Part shown: piece after piece, positions 37,445 through 55,651 of the stretch
Position numbering within the stretch: the stretch's first letter is position 1
How the letters are laid out: each line of letters starts with the position of its first letter
Sequence record: ON210138.1
Source: Escherichia phage EC106
Length of the DNA stretch: 64,000 bases
Direction: 5' to 3' (one strand)
Made by a program: the position numbers and the translations under genes
The notes under the pieces: generated by a model
What the model was told of the DNA's origin: nothing
Database searches by the model: none
The model's input: the letters and a program-made list of their open reading frames with translations, nothing else

Positions 37445-37600
37445 ATGAAACGCAAAGTAAAATTATTCAGTTTGTATGGAAGAGTCGGTAAAGGTTTTGA
37501 TTGGCAACTGCTACGTTCAGATGTTAAAAGCAACGAGTTAGCACAGCTTATTATAAACTATCGACGAACGTACAGAGAGGTAGAGCATCGTGAACAGTAA
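37445..37600 (+). CDS. hypothetical small protein (internal start of ORF 37358-37600)
   Basis: ATG at 37445 avoids overlap with upstream gene. Confidence 0.25.
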   Translation: MKRKVKLFSLYGRVGKGFDWQLLRSDVKSNELAQLIINYRRTYREVEHREQ

Positions 37601-37844
37601 AATTGAAAAGTCTGATGAAGTTATCAGAAGCAAAGATAAAGCTACAGCATTAGTAGCTGAAGCTTGGAGCAGGGGCTTGGACTACGAATGGTATCTTAGT
37701 ATATGCCAAGGGCTATCAGTTTCCCCTGTACAAAAAGAGATTTTTGATAAACTCTACGCAGTTTGTCAAGAGGGATACAATGAAGCCATGCTTCAAAACT
37801 GCATGAGTTTAATCAACCCAAAAGCATCTGATTTATTCTTTTGA
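37590..37844 (+). CDS. hypothetical protein
   Basis: co-oriented small ORF. Confidence 0.35.
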   Translation: MNSKIEKSDEVIRSKDKATALVAEAWSRGLDYEWYLSICQGLSVSPVQKEIFDKLYAVCQEGYNEAMLQNCMSLINPKASDLFF

Positions 37845-37853
37845 GGAAACACT

Positions 37854-38060
37854 ATGCAAGTTTTAGTAAACTATATCTACCGTTACGATGTTATTCATTC
37901 TACTACAACGGTATCTCAACGTAATCCAATTGTACCAAGAGAAGGTGAGTGGGTTCGTATTGAAGGTTGGACTTACACTGTAGAGAACATCATTCACAAG
38001 TTTGATGTGGCTGGTGATGTTCAGGTTATTGCTGTAGAAATTGGTGGTAAGAGAAAATGA
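37854..38060 (+). CDS. hypothetical protein
   Basis: co-oriented small ORF. Confidence 0.35.
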   Translation: MQVLVNYIYRYDVIHSTTTVSQRNPIVPREGEWVRIEGWTYTVENIIHKFDVAGDVQVIAVEIGGKRK

Positions 38061-38242
38061 AAACAGAACCTGTAAGAACTGAAGACGGAAACATTGAGAC
38101 GTTCATAATCACAGTAGCTGGTGGTGAGTTCTCTTGCAAATGTGGGTGTAATTGCTTTCATAAACCTGACAACACAAAATTAGGTTTATATGAATGTAAT
38201 AGCTGCGGTGCAAGATTCTTAGATAAGAGCAAGGAGATGTGA
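38057..38242 (+). CDS. small zinc-ribbon protein
   Basis: CKCGCNC...CNSCG motifs. Confidence 0.35.
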   Translation: MKTEPVRTEDGNIETFIITVAGGEFSCKCGCNCFHKPDNTKLGLYECNSCGARFLDKSKEM

Positions 38243-39342
38243 TGACAATTCTGTACAAACAAAATAAAGACGGTTCCTTCAACATCTGGTCATGCGGTGC
38301 TATAGGTAACAAAGTTATTACAACCTATGGTAAAGAAAACGGAAAGATGATGTTTGAAGAGTATACAGCAGAACCTAAAAACATCGGTAAAAAGAATGAG
38401 CGTAATGCTGAACAGCAAGCTCTCTTTGAAGTTGCTGCTAAGTATAAAAAGCAAGTTGACCGCAAAGGTTATGCTTACACAAAAGAGTCTGCACAGAATA
38501 CTGAGAAGGTAGGTGTACAGCTTGCTCATGATGCTGCAAAGGTTAGTCATGCAAAGTATCTGAAATTTCCTGCTGATGCTCAACCGAAACTGGATGGTGT
38601 TCGTTGTAGAATTTCAAGAGATGATGATTCAGTTAGTTTCACAGCCTATTCTCGTGAGAATACTGTTTACAACGTTCCAACAGAACTAATCCCAGATTTG
38701 CTTTTGTTGCTTAAATTACATCCACAAGTTGAAGACTTTGATGGAGAGATTTATGCTCATGGTTGGGACTTAGAAGATATTGTATCTATGATTAAGAATG
38801 CTGACAATCCAGACCGTCACCTTCTTAAGTTCTACTGGTATGATATCTGCGACAATTCAAAAACTTGGCCTGAGCGTCGTGAAGTTATTGATAACTCACC
38901 CATTGTTGAGCTTGGTGATACCTGTAGAGTGGTTCCTGTACAGACTATCCGTGTAAATTCTTGGGAAGAGTTTGATGAAGCCCATGATAAGTGGGTTGAA
39001 GCTAAGTTTGAAGGTGCAATGTACCGTTCAATCTCTGAAGACTCCTTCTACGAGTGTTGTCACCGTTCATACTTCTTGATTAAGCACAAGAAGATGCACA
39101 CTGAAGAGTTTAAAGTGACTGGTGTAAAGACCGATAAGCGTGGTCATGGTAAGTTCGTTGTAGAGACTCTTCCTAACGTCTTTGTAGATGTCTCATGGAA
39201 GACTACACACGAGAAGAAACAGTATCTTGCTGAACATCCTGAAGAGTTTATCGGGAAGCCTTTAACGGTTCAGTTCCAGAAGATGACTCGTAAGGGTTCT
39301 TTACAGTTCCCTGTTGGGCTAGTTATTAGGGATTACGAATAA
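38239..39342 (+). CDS. ATP-dependent DNA ligase
   Basis: adenylation motif I PKLDGVRCRI; 367 aa. Confidence 0.85.
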   Translation: MMTILYKQNKDGSFNIWSCGAIGNKVITTYGKENGKMMFEEYTAEPKNIGKKNERNAEQQALFEVAAKYKKQVDRKGYAYTKESAQNTEKVGVQLAHDAAKVSHAKYLKFPADAQPKLDGVRCRISRDDDSVSFTAYSRENTVYNVPTELIPDLLLLLKLHPQVEDFDGEIYAHGWDLEDIVSMIKNADNPDRHLLKFYWYDICDNSKTWPERREVIDNSPIVELGDTCRVVPVQTIRVNSWEEFDEAHDKWVEAKFEGAMYRSISEDSFYECCHRSYFLIKHKKMHTEEFKVTGVKTDKRGHGKFVVETLPNVFVDVSWKTTHEKKQYLAEHPEEFIGKPLTVQFQKMTRKGSLQFPVGLVIRDYE

Positions 39343-39349
39343 AAAGTTG

Positions 39350-39378
39350 TTGACATAGAAAATTTGGTGAGTATGCTG
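39350..39378 (+). promoter_or_regulatory. putative sigma70-like promoter (TTGACA-16-TATGCT)
   Basis: perfect -35 at 39350-39355; followed by nested palindrome GGTGAGTA...TACTCACC 39366-39405. Confidence 0.4.
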
Positions 39379-39551
39379 AGCAGCATAAACCAACGGGTAC
39401 TCACCAGCATCACTTAAGAGTCTTCTAAGAGGGTTTTAAGTAATGTATTACACGGTAAGGTGATGTGAAGTCTGGTCTGGCATGGTGTAGTCTGGTATGG
39501 AAGGGTGGCAGTAGCCTTATAAAAAATCTGCCAAATAAGCTATAAAATCTG

Positions 39552-39580
39552 TTGACAAGTCAGGTGTTATAGCTTATTTT
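39552..39580 (+). promoter_or_regulatory. putative sigma70-like promoter (TTGACA-17-TATTTT) flanked by 9-bp inverted repeat
   Basis: -35 at 39552-39557; inverted repeat AAGCTATAA / TTATAGCTT brackets the -35. Confidence 0.4.
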
Positions 39581-39624
39581 TATACTCAATGTAATACAAA
39601 ATTTAATATAACTTTGAGGTCATT

Positions 39625-40008
39625 ATGAAAAAGATTTTATTAGCTGCTGCAATGGTTATGGCAATGAATTTACCAGTCAATGCAACAGAACTTCCAAATG
39701 TGGACTTATCAGGTGTTCCAGAAGACACTTGCCAGATTGTAAAAGGTGTTGCTCTAGCTAAAGGTGAGCTACTTAAACCAATCTCTGAAGAATCTTTAAC
39801 AGAGATGACTGATAAGGTAACTGACTATCAATATCGTGTTCTTGCAGAGTATTTCCTGCAATCTGCAAACATTAAAGAGAAACACCATGATGATATTGAT
39901 GTACAGGCGATGCTCAACCACCGTATCCAGTTTAAAGAAGATTTGATGCAAAAAGCTATGTATGGTGTTGAGTATTTCTTAGAAAACAGAAGCTGCACAG
40001 GTATTTGA
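39625..40008 (+). CDS. secreted/periplasmic hypothetical protein
   Basis: N-terminal signal peptide MKKILLAAAMVMAMNLPVNA. Confidence 0.45.
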   Translation: MKKILLAAAMVMAMNLPVNATELPNVDLSGVPEDTCQIVKGVALAKGELLKPISEESLTEMTDKVTDYQYRVLAEYFLQSANIKEKHHDDIDVQAMLNHRIQFKEDLMQKAMYGVEYFLENRSCTGI

Positions 40009-40009
40009 T

Positions 40010-40222
40010 ATGGCTCTTAAAAAGTTACATCCCAGAAGCGGTTATGGTAAGATAATTGATGATACAGACGGCTTTACAGTCTTTACAGTTATCTGTCAAG
40101 ATGATTCACAGATTGAAAAGGCTCTTGATGATTATCTTAATGATGAACGTGAAAAGGTTAGGGCTACAAACATAGATTCATTGATTGACACTTCACGCAA
40201 ACGGAAGAAGAAAGATGAATGA
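40010..40222 (+). CDS. hypothetical protein
   Basis: co-oriented small ORF. Confidence 0.35.
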   Translation: MALKKLHPRSGYGKIIDDTDGFTVFTVICQDDSQIEKALDDYLNDEREKVRATNIDSLIDTSRKRKKKDE

Positions 40223-40514
40223 GGTTTTTGACCCTTATGCCCCACAAGATGATTGGGAGGCTGATAGAGAGGCTGAAATGGAGAGTTATATTTGTCCAAT
40301 GGATGTAGACGAAATGAGAGACTTCGTTGCACATCGTTTTAAGAGAGAGATTAAATCCAGAGGTCTTTCTCAAGAGCAAGTCGCTAAAATTTGTGGTATC
40401 TCTCAAGCTCGTGTATCCAACATAATCCACCTCACTGGGAATGTCTCTCTTGAGTATATGTTGGAAGTATGTGAAAAATTTGGTGTTAATTTTAATTTAA
40501 GGTTGGCAGACTAA
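40185..40514 (+). CDS. helix-turn-helix DNA-binding protein (XRE-like)
   Basis: LSQEQVAKICGISQARVSNI HTH. Confidence 0.45.
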   Translation: MTLHANGRRKMNEVFDPYAPQDDWEADREAEMESYICPMDVDEMRDFVAHRFKREIKSRGLSQEQVAKICGISQARVSNIIHLTGNVSLEYMLEVCEKFGVNFNLRLAD

Positions 40515-40515
40515 T

Positions 40516-40875
40516 ATGAAACGTGAAAACATTATCCACTCTGAAAATTTCGCATTAGGCTTTTATGGTGTACCTACTCACCTTGAAAAGTATTATGGTG
40601 TAAAGATTCTTTCCAATCTCATTATGGCTTACAAAGATGGTAAGATTAAGCATACTGAGAAGAAACGTGTCATGGGCTACATGGCTGTAGGTTCAGCAAT
40701 CTCAAACATCAAGCTGGAAACCACTAGTAGCCAGATTGTGAAAGACCACTTCATCAAAGAGCTTTACCAGAATCTTGATGGTGTAGATGTTCAGGCTGTT
40801 TGGTTGGATGTTGATGGTCACAACTACACAAGTTTTGTTTTCAAAAACGATGACATTAAGTGTCTGTTCCCATAA
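40516..40875 (+). CDS. hypothetical protein
   Basis: co-oriented ORF. Confidence 0.35.
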   Translation: MKRENIIHSENFALGFYGVPTHLEKYYGVKILSNLIMAYKDGKIKHTEKKRVMGYMAVGSAISNIKLETTSSQIVKDHFIKELYQNLDGVDVQAVWLDVDGHNYTSFVFKNDDIKCLFP

Positions 40876-40888
40876 TAGGTGATTAACT

Positions 40889-41404
40889 ATGATTGATGTC
40901 TACTTACAAGATGCTCATGCAGATTTCCTTAAAGAGATGCTTAAAAAGTTTATGGCTTCGCAGTATGAGAATGAAGCATCTTTTAAAATAGTTACATGTG
41001 GCGATGAAGCTGGTTTTGTTGAGATTGAGCATGAAGGTACTGGAAAGACTGTTTGTAAGCTACCTGATAGTATGTTCTCTAGCACATTCTTAACAAAGAC
41101 TAGTATAAATGTTAAGCTTGTGCCTCAGATTGAAACATACTCTGGTACAGATTATCCTAAAGGTTTTAAGTCACTGATGAAGTACTTCTTAGATGACTTT
41201 GTGAGTAATCTTCTGAGGGAGGTAAAAGAAAGTCGTACAGTGTTGACTGTAGAGAACATGGGAGGGACTATCAGGGTTACTTCTGACTATTTTGTTATGA
41301 GCCTCTTCGACTTCGTTCCTAAGAACTTTGATGGTATTCTGGATGAAGAAGATGACTGTGTAGACTTTATATTGGTTCTTGAGCCAGTTTTTGAGGTTAA
41401 GTAA
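40889..41404 (+). CDS. hypothetical protein
   Basis: co-oriented ORF. Confidence 0.4.
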   Translation: MIDVYLQDAHADFLKEMLKKFMASQYENEASFKIVTCGDEAGFVEIEHEGTGKTVCKLPDSMFSSTFLTKTSINVKLVPQIETYSGTDYPKGFKSLMKYFLDDFVSNLLREVKESRTVLTVENMGGTIRVTSDYFVMSLFDFVPKNFDGILDEEDDCVDFILVLEPVFEVK

Positions 41405-41665
41405 ATGAAAATTGAACACTGTTATGAGTCTGATGGAACACCTATCCGATGCCCACATTGTGGGTGTACAGACTTACAAGGTGAGGTAAGTGAAATAGTC
41501 AACGGTCATATCGCTGAAGAGAGTACAAGGTGTACAGGATGTAATGAAATCATTGCTTTCTGGGCTTATGGTTCATACCAACCCACACCACACTTAATCT
41601 ACCATAGCAATAAAGCTGTGAAGAATGTTATCAACTGGTTTATTAAGAAAGGATTTACAAAATGA
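41405..41665 (+). CDS. zinc-finger hypothetical protein
   Basis: CPHCGC...CTGCN motifs. Confidence 0.4.
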   Translation: MKIEHCYESDGTPIRCPHCGCTDLQGEVSEIVNGHIAEESTRCTGCNEIIAFWAYGSYQPTPHLIYHSNKAVKNVINWFIKKGFTK

Positions 41666-42207
41666 TTAAATTAATCTTCGCAAGTGGTGAAAATGGGGAG
41701 TTTGGTACTCCAACTGGTATGCCGTGGCCTCGACATAAACATGATATGCAAGAGTTTAAGAGACTTACTAAAGGTAACTTAGTAGTCATGGGTAATGAAA
41801 CTTTTAAGACTCTGGGTAGTAAACCATTACCAGAACGTACAAACCTCATCTTAACAAATTCTGTACCATACTTAGGCATAGACTTTGACAAAGACGATGT
41901 AATGTATGCTAAAGCTAGTAAAGAGTCTTTTGGAGCATTTTTGAAGTATCTTGATAGCTCTATTGATGAAGATGTCTTTGTAATTGGTGGTGCAGGTGTT
42001 CTTGTCAATGCTTTGCCGTATGCTGGTGTAGTTTTCCATACAGTTTTCCATAAAGTTACTGAAGAGGCCACTGTGTATTTACCTTTTGAAAACTTCTTTG
42101 AGAAGCTGTATGATAACCGTGTATTTACAAAGGTACAGTCAAAACCATCAGAGGATGGTAAAGCAACCTTTGAAATTTATGTTCCACAAGTAAAAGGACA
42201 CTTTTGA
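41662..42207 (+). CDS. folA: dihydrofolate reductase
   Basis: MIKLIFASGENGEFGTPTGMPWP N-terminus; upstream of thymidylate synthase. Confidence 0.8.
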   Translation: MIKLIFASGENGEFGTPTGMPWPRHKHDMQEFKRLTKGNLVVMGNETFKTLGSKPLPERTNLILTNSVPYLGIDFDKDDVMYAKASKESFGAFLKYLDSSIDEDVFVIGGAGVLVNALPYAGVVFHTVFHKVTEEATVYLPFENFFEKLYDNRVFTKVQSKPSEDGKATFEIYVPQVKGHF

Positions 42208-42208
42208 T

Positions 42209-43108
42209 ATGTCACAAGCAGATACAAGTTACAAAAATATCCTGAACCATGTTTTATCCGTTGGTGAACTGCGTACTACACGAACTGGAGATGTTATCTC
42301 TGCATTTGCTCCACCACAGTTTCGTTTTGATATGAGAACTGGTTTCCCACTCTTAACATCTAAACAGGTGTTTACACGGCAAGTTATTGGGGAAGCTCTA
42401 TGGTTCCTGAATGGTGAGAATAAACTTGGCGAACTCCGTTACCGTACTTGGGGTGAAAATGATGGGGAACGCTGGACTATCTGGTCAGATGATTTTAAAC
42501 GCTGGTTAAGCTCTAACTATTCTTCTGAACAAGACTGGTTAGAAGATGCAGGTGGGAGAATCTACGGAGTTCAGTGGAGAAACTTTGAAGGTCATAATGG
42601 TTGTGTTGTAGACCAGTTAGAGGCCTTAGTAACGAAGATGAAGGGTGATATTACAGACCGCTACATGCTTGTTAATGCTTGGAATGCAGCAGATATTGCA
42701 GCTAACTCGATGGCTTTAGCACCTTGCCATGTACTGTTTCAGATTTATATCACTAATGAGGGTGAAGTTGACTTGCAATGGTATCAGCGTTCTGTAGACA
42801 CCTTTTTAGGACTTCCATTTAACATTGCGTCTTACGGCTTCATCTTAGAAGTTCTTTGTAAGATGACTGGATACACTCCACGGTACTTGATAGGTGTCTT
42901 TGGAGATACTCAGATTTATCAGAACCATATGAAACAGGTTTATGAACTGATGAACAATGAAGAGTTCCATGCACCTACTTTTGAGATTGGTGTGCAGCTT
43001 AACACTCTAAGTGACCTTAAACATCTTACTGCAAGTGATTTTATTGGTGGCATTAACAACTACCAACATGCAGGGAAGATTGAAGCACCTTTATCAGTAG
43101 GCAAGTAA
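42209..43108 (+). CDS. thyA: thymidylate synthase
   Basis: active-site LAPCHVLFQ and conserved length. Confidence 0.9.
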   Translation: MSQADTSYKNILNHVLSVGELRTTRTGDVISAFAPPQFRFDMRTGFPLLTSKQVFTRQVIGEALWFLNGENKLGELRYRTWGENDGERWTIWSDDFKRWLSSNYSSEQDWLEDAGGRIYGVQWRNFEGHNGCVVDQLEALVTKMKGDITDRYMLVNAWNAADIAANSMALAPCHVLFQIYITNEGEVDLQWYQRSVDTFLGLPFNIASYGFILEVLCKMTGYTPRYLIGVFGDTQIYQNHMKQVYELMNNEEFHAPTFEIGVQLNTLSDLKHLTASDFIGGINNYQHAGKIEAPLSVGK

Positions 43109-43111
43109 AAC

Positions 43112-43144
43112 AAAAAAAAAAAAAGGCTCCCGTAAAAAGGAGCC
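43112..43144 (-). terminator. rho-independent terminator at convergence point (minus strand strong, plus strand weak)
   Basis: A13 run then GGCTCC-N8-GGAGCC hairpin. Confidence 0.65.
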
Positions 43145-43151
43145 TTAAACT

Positions 43152-43523
43152 TTATTTTTCAGTATTCTTTGTGTTCTTTTCAGTAATAGCTTGGAGGGCT
43201 GATACTGATTGAGCCAGATTGTTCACACTGTCAGAGAATTTATCAAGAGTTTTGGTAAGTTTTGCATTCTCACCCTTAACATTCTCTAACTGGACTTTCT
43301 GGTTCTCCATCCCTAACTGAAGCATTCTCATGTCAGACTGTAAGTCACGAATAGCTGAATAGTTACTTTTGGAATAATTATCTAGCTGCTGTAACTTTGT
43401 TGTGACAGACACTTCTTGCTTACCACTTGAAACTTGTATCGTGGTATACATCCCAATAACACTAAAAATACCAACAACAATTGCACCAATATTGTTTTTA
43501 AAAGCTTCCTCTAGCCACTTCAT
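43152..43523 (-). CDS. membrane-anchored coiled-coil protein (possible lysis or fibre-associated)
   Basis: N-terminal TM helix then heptad-rich soluble domain. Confidence 0.4.
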   Translation of the reverse strand: MKWLEEAFKNNIGAIVVGIFSVIGMYTTIQVSSGKQEVSVTTKLQQLDNYSKSNYSAIRDLQSDMRMLQLGMENQKVQLENVKGENAKLTKTLDKFSDSVNNLAQSVSALQAITEKNTKNTEK

Positions 43524-43717
43524 TTATTCTCCCCCTTAAAAGCTTTTTCTAAGTTATCTACGAACTCATCATCAATAGGTGTGTCTGTCTTACCCGCAAG
43601 GTATCTTGCAAGCTTAAAGAACACTTTCTCAATCATGTATTCACTTAGAAGGGATAAAATGAGTTTCCAGAAGAAGCTACCTAGATTTTTTAGAAGAATT
43701 GCTAGGATTGTAGGCAT
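43520..43717 (-). CDS. small membrane protein
   Basis: 65 aa, hydrophobic N-terminus. Confidence 0.35.
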   Translation of the reverse strand: MPTILAILLKNLGSFFWKLILSLLSEYMIEKVFFKLARYLAGKTDTPIDDEFVDNLEKAFKGENK

Positions 43718-43796
43718 TTAATCACCTCATCAGCCAAGATGGTGAGAATACCCATAAATAATATTAACACCATCTTAACAATCAGTCAATAAGGGA

Positions 43797-46154
43797 TTAA
43801 GCAGTTCTTACCCAAGCCATTAACTTGTAGAACTGGTTAGTAACACTAAATGCTGAACCAGAACCTGTACCACCAGTGTCACCACTAACCGTATGACTGT
43901 GAGCACCAATACCTACAGAGTGGGAATGGTCGCCAGCACCGCTAGTCCAAAAAGAGAAAGAATGACTGTGGTTCCCTGACGCATAAGTTTCATGACCACC
44001 AGACCTATATGCTACTGCATATGATGATGTTCTATTACCACCTACACCAGTACCGTTCCACGCCTCAATGTAGTGGGTGTGCTCACCATTTGTGCTAGTA
44101 GAACCACTACCATAGTGAGAATGACCACCAGTACTGTTAGTTCCCTTCGTACCATAATCAAAAGATGAAGTGGTAGCAGAGAAACTATGAGTGTGTGAAG
44201 GTAAATTACCAACAGCTAACGCCACAGAATCTGAACCACCAGTTGTAGCAACATCTGAACCATTTGCTGCTGCAATTCTAATAGTTCTGCCAACACCATT
44301 GTTCAGGTACGTCCAAGTTAGACCAGGAAGTGCTGTATTAGGGTCAACATTACTGTTAAACCACGTTACAATACCTACTGGATAGATTTTGTTAAGGTCT
44401 GTAGAGTCACTAATTGCCTGTGCAATCTTCTGGTCAGTTTCAGCTTTAGTATATGCGCCGATATCTGAAGGGGTTGGTTTAAAATCAGTTGTATAAAACT
44501 GTGCTTCTCCAGCGTATTCACCCTTGTCATCATAGGCATAGGTGAATGCTGCTAAGCCCAATGAGCCGTACAAAAAAGAGATGCCCCTTGAATGTGCAGC
44601 AGTCTTACTAGAGTGCGCAACATGAATTGCTAAATCTCTTAAGCCGTCAGTAACACCATTATTTCTGACAAAACCTGAGTACCCAATATTAAATGCTGAA
44701 TGGTCTTCAAGGTTATTTACAGTTACAGTCATTAAGGATTGGTCTAATAGCTTAGTCTTAACAAAATATCTATTATCTAAGTTAGCCCAATCTTGTGGTT
44801 GAACCTGCCCATTAATATACAGGTTCTTATTCATACTAACCAATGTTGGCTCTAGGGAAATTTGAGTGCCTGAAAAGCTGTTGCTCAAGGTTACCACGTT
44901 AGAATTAGCAGTTCCTACGCCCAGCCACCACCTAGATACATTCGCAGTATCAACACCACGGATATATTGTGGCTGTCCCTGTGTTAAGCTCCTTAATACC
45001 AAACCCTCGTTGTCAGACACAATAGTTTGCACATTTGTGAAAGTATTAGATACATTAAGTTTAGCAAGATTACTCAAAGTAGCTGCCGGAATGTATCTAG
45101 AGTCAATGTTAGTCCAATCAGAAGGTTGAACTTGACCAGTGATTCTTACATTCTTATTAAATGCTACGCCAGACGAGTTTAAGATAATAGAGGTATTGCC
45201 CTTGTAATCGTAAAATGTGATATCAGAGCTTGTATCACCTTTACCAATAAACCATAAATTATTGTACTCGCTATCTTTTGCTAGGATGAATAACTCCTCA
45301 CCTACATCTTTATTCTGTAACATGATAGCAGCTTTATTAACTTTTACGGAAATAGGTTTACCGAATGTATTTTCACCGCTAAAAGCATTATTAGCAGCTA
45401 ACTGTGCAAATCTCTGATTAGCTGCTGTCTGAGTAAAATATCTAGCATCTAAGTTAGAGAAGTCAGACGGCTGAACTTGACCAGTGATTGATAAAGACCT
45501 ATTAAAAGAAGCAACCGTGCCTAGAGTGAGGATGGAACCTTGTTTACTCTCGATTTGAACATCAAGATTACCCCTAATCAGGTTCCCAATAGCCCAAGTT
45601 TTTTCATTACTTGCGTCCCTACCTACAATAGCAGAGTATGCGCTATCCCCACTCACAGGAGATTTTAATGTTAACTGTTCCCCATTTGCGATGATAGTCT
45701 GTTTAGAATTGAATGAGTTTGTAACAGCAAGCCTTGCATACCTTGCATCATTCTCTTCATTAGCTCTCATCCCAAGTTCATTAGGGCTTGGTTTATTCAG
45801 AGTATGATAAACAGTTGCCGACCTTGAAGCATCTGCAATAGTTAGTTTAAGGCCATTTGCGTTGATTTTAAAAGTCTTTAAAACATCCCCAATAGTAATC
45901 TCAGAAGAGCCTGTTGGGTCAAAGACTGCCTTACCACCATAAAGTAACTTAACAATTCCTAAGTCACCCGTCATAGTGCTGCCAGCAATCTGAACAAATC
46001 TTTCTAGTTTAAAAGATGCTAAGAAGTCTTGATAGGTCATTCGACGGTCTTCATCACCCAGCATTTCAGGTCTCTTTTTAACTCTGACATGAAGAAGGTC
46101 ATCTGAACGGATTGTATCGATTGAGTTTAATTCACTCAACTTGTAATCTGCCAT
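43797..46154 (-). CDS. tail fibre protein with His-x-His repeat tip
   Basis: 785 aa; three [13 protein letters not shown] repeats; C-terminal HTHS/HSHS repeats ending ...WVRTA. Confidence 0.75.
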   Translation of the reverse strand: MADYKLSELNSIDTIRSDDLLHVRVKKRPEMLGDEDRRMTYQDFLASFKLERFVQIAGSTMTGDLGIVKLLYGGKAVFDPTGSSEITIGDVLKTFKINANGLKLTIADASRSATVYHTLNKPSPNELGMRANEENDARYARLAVTNSFNSKQTIIANGEQLTLKSPVSGDSAYSAIVGRDASNEKTWAIGNLIRGNLDVQIESKQGSILTLGTVASFNRSLSITGQVQPSDFSNLDARYFTQTAANQRFAQLAANNAFSGENTFGKPISVKVNKAAIMLQNKDVGEELFILAKDSEYNNLWFIGKGDTSSDITFYDYKGNTSIILNSSGVAFNKNVRITGQVQPSDWTNIDSRYIPAATLSNLAKLNVSNTFTNVQTIVSDNEGLVLRSLTQGQPQYIRGVDTANVSRWWLGVGTANSNVVTLSNSFSGTQISLEPTLVSMNKNLYINGQVQPQDWANLDNRYFVKTKLLDQSLMTVTVNNLEDHSAFNIGYSGFVRNNGVTDGLRDLAIHVAHSSKTAAHSRGISFLYGSLGLAAFTYAYDDKGEYAGEAQFYTTDFKPTPSDIGAYTKAETDQKIAQAISDSTDLNKIYPVGIVTWFNSNVDPNTALPGLTWTYLNNGVGRTIRIAAANGSDVATTGGSDSVALAVGNLPSHTHSFSATTSSFDYGTKGTNSTGGHSHYGSGSTSTNGEHTHYIEAWNGTGVGGNRTSSYAVAYRSGGHETYASGNHSHSFSFWTSGAGDHSHSVGIGAHSHTVSGDTGGTGSGSAFSVTNQFYKLMAWVRTA

Positions 46155-46170
46155 TATAAATTTTCCTCTA

Positions 46171-46190
46171 AAAAGGGGCTATAAAGCCCC
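46171..46190 (-). terminator. rho-independent terminator between the two tail fibre genes
   Basis: GGGGCU-AUAA-AGCCCC hairpin with U-run on minus strand. Confidence 0.6.
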
Positions 46191-46200
46191 TGTAAAGAAA

Positions 46201-47373
46201 TTAAGCTGTTCTCTGCCATACATACAGTACGAAGGATGGCTGCTCAATATTAACCGCCTGACCTCCACCAACACTATTCGTATTGCCACTATGTGTATGC
46301 TCAGAAGAAGAAATTGCCACAGTTCCACTATGTGTATGTGAACCAATACCAACTGTGTGGATGTGAGCACCAATACCAACTACGTGGCTGTGGTTACCAG
46401 ATGCACCAGATGTAACGCTAAAACTGTGTGAGTGTGCACCATCACTAGATGTCCTTGATGTTCTCCATGCACCACCACCATCAGAGTCAGCTACAGCATT
46501 ACCAGTACCATCATTTTCTCTAGGGTACACATCATGGTTGTGAGTGCCATCTGTACTTGTGTTACCTGATACGTTGTGTGTATGGTTACCAGTTGTATTA
46601 GTCTCTTTTGTTCCATAGTCGAAAGAGTTGGTAGCCTTAGTTCCATAGTCAAAAGCTGAAATTGACACAGTTGCATTATGAGTGTGACCACCACCACTAA
46701 GAGACACAGAGTGAGAGTGTTGAGGCATGTTATTAACTGACAAAGTGACAGTTGAAGAACCAAATACAGAACCTGCTGGTCTTGTGTCAGAGTCATAACC
46801 AACCAATGCTCTACCTTTTGAAACTAACTCCCAAGTACCTCCACAAATTAAATATGTAGAAGGGTTTGCAGAGTTCATGGAAAGATGGATAGTACCTACT
46901 GGATAGGAAGCCTGAACAGCCTTGTACAAGTTATTTACTGCTCTTGCTGTAGCGTACTTATCTGCATCTTCGTTATAAAGGTTAGATGCTGTCCAGTTCT
47001 GAACATTACTCAACCCTACCTGTGCCTTAGTTGTATTGTGTGGGTTACTCTTGTCTTTGATATGTTGTTGGACAAGATTATTAACCTCTTCTGAAGACAT
47101 AATCTGTAGATTTGCTCTTGCCTCAGCTACATTGACAATATCTGATAAGTTATTTGCAGCGACTAACTGAAGAGCGTTAATAACATTATCTAAACCAATT
47201 TGTGTTTTAGTAACACCATGAGGGTTATTTCTTAGGCTTGAGTGTGGAGCAAGTAATTGCTCAAGAGTACATCTCTTATCTTCAATACCCTGCTTAAGAT
47301 GGAAGATATCACTAAGGTCAATTGGTAAGGCTGCTTGAGGCAAGGCACTAATTTGAATTTCACCTACTGCCAT
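46201..47373 (-). CDS. tail fibre protein paralog with His-x-His repeat tip
   Basis: 390 aa; HSHS, GGHTHN, GNHTHN, AHSHS, GSHTHS repeats; C-terminus ...WQRTA similar to 43797-46154. Confidence 0.75.
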   Translation of the reverse strand: MAVGEIQISALPQAALPIDLSDIFHLKQGIEDKRCTLEQLLAPHSSLRNNPHGVTKTQIGLDNVINALQLVAANNLSDIVNVAEARANLQIMSSEEVNNLVQQHIKDKSNPHNTTKAQVGLSNVQNWTASNLYNEDADKYATARAVNNLYKAVQASYPVGTIHLSMNSANPSTYLICGGTWELVSKGRALVGYDSDTRPAGSVFGSSTVTLSVNNMPQHSHSVSLSGGGHTHNATVSISAFDYGTKATNSFDYGTKETNTTGNHTHNVSGNTSTDGTHNHDVYPRENDGTGNAVADSDGGGAWRTSRTSSDGAHSHSFSVTSGASGNHSHVVGIGAHIHTVGIGSHTHSGTVAISSSEHTHSGNTNSVGGGQAVNIEQPSFVLYVWQRTA

Positions 47374-47375
47374 TA

Positions 47376-55409
<8,034 letters not shown>

Positions 55410-55410
<1 letters not shown>

Positions 55411-55649
55411 TACATTTTTCCTGCTCTTCTAAGTTCGTTGTAAGCAATTTCCTCTTTATACGACCTCTGAATCTCAAGAAATTGTCTCAATGATAATAAA
55501 TCAGAGAATGTCATAGCAAAGAGTTGGTCAAGTGTTTCTTTACACCCTTCCATACCATAAATAGCAAGCACAAATTTCATCTCGTCTGCTTCTTCATAGG
55601 TTGCCTCTACAGCAGCATCAGTTAGTGGTGTCTGTAGAGTGTTACCCAT
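55410..55649 (-). CDS. tail assembly chaperone, -1 frame extension (putative frameshift product C-terminus)
   Basis: in -1 frame relative to 55652-56050; -1 frame open from slippery site at 55688-55694 into this ORF. Confidence 0.5.
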
Positions 55650-55651
55650 GT

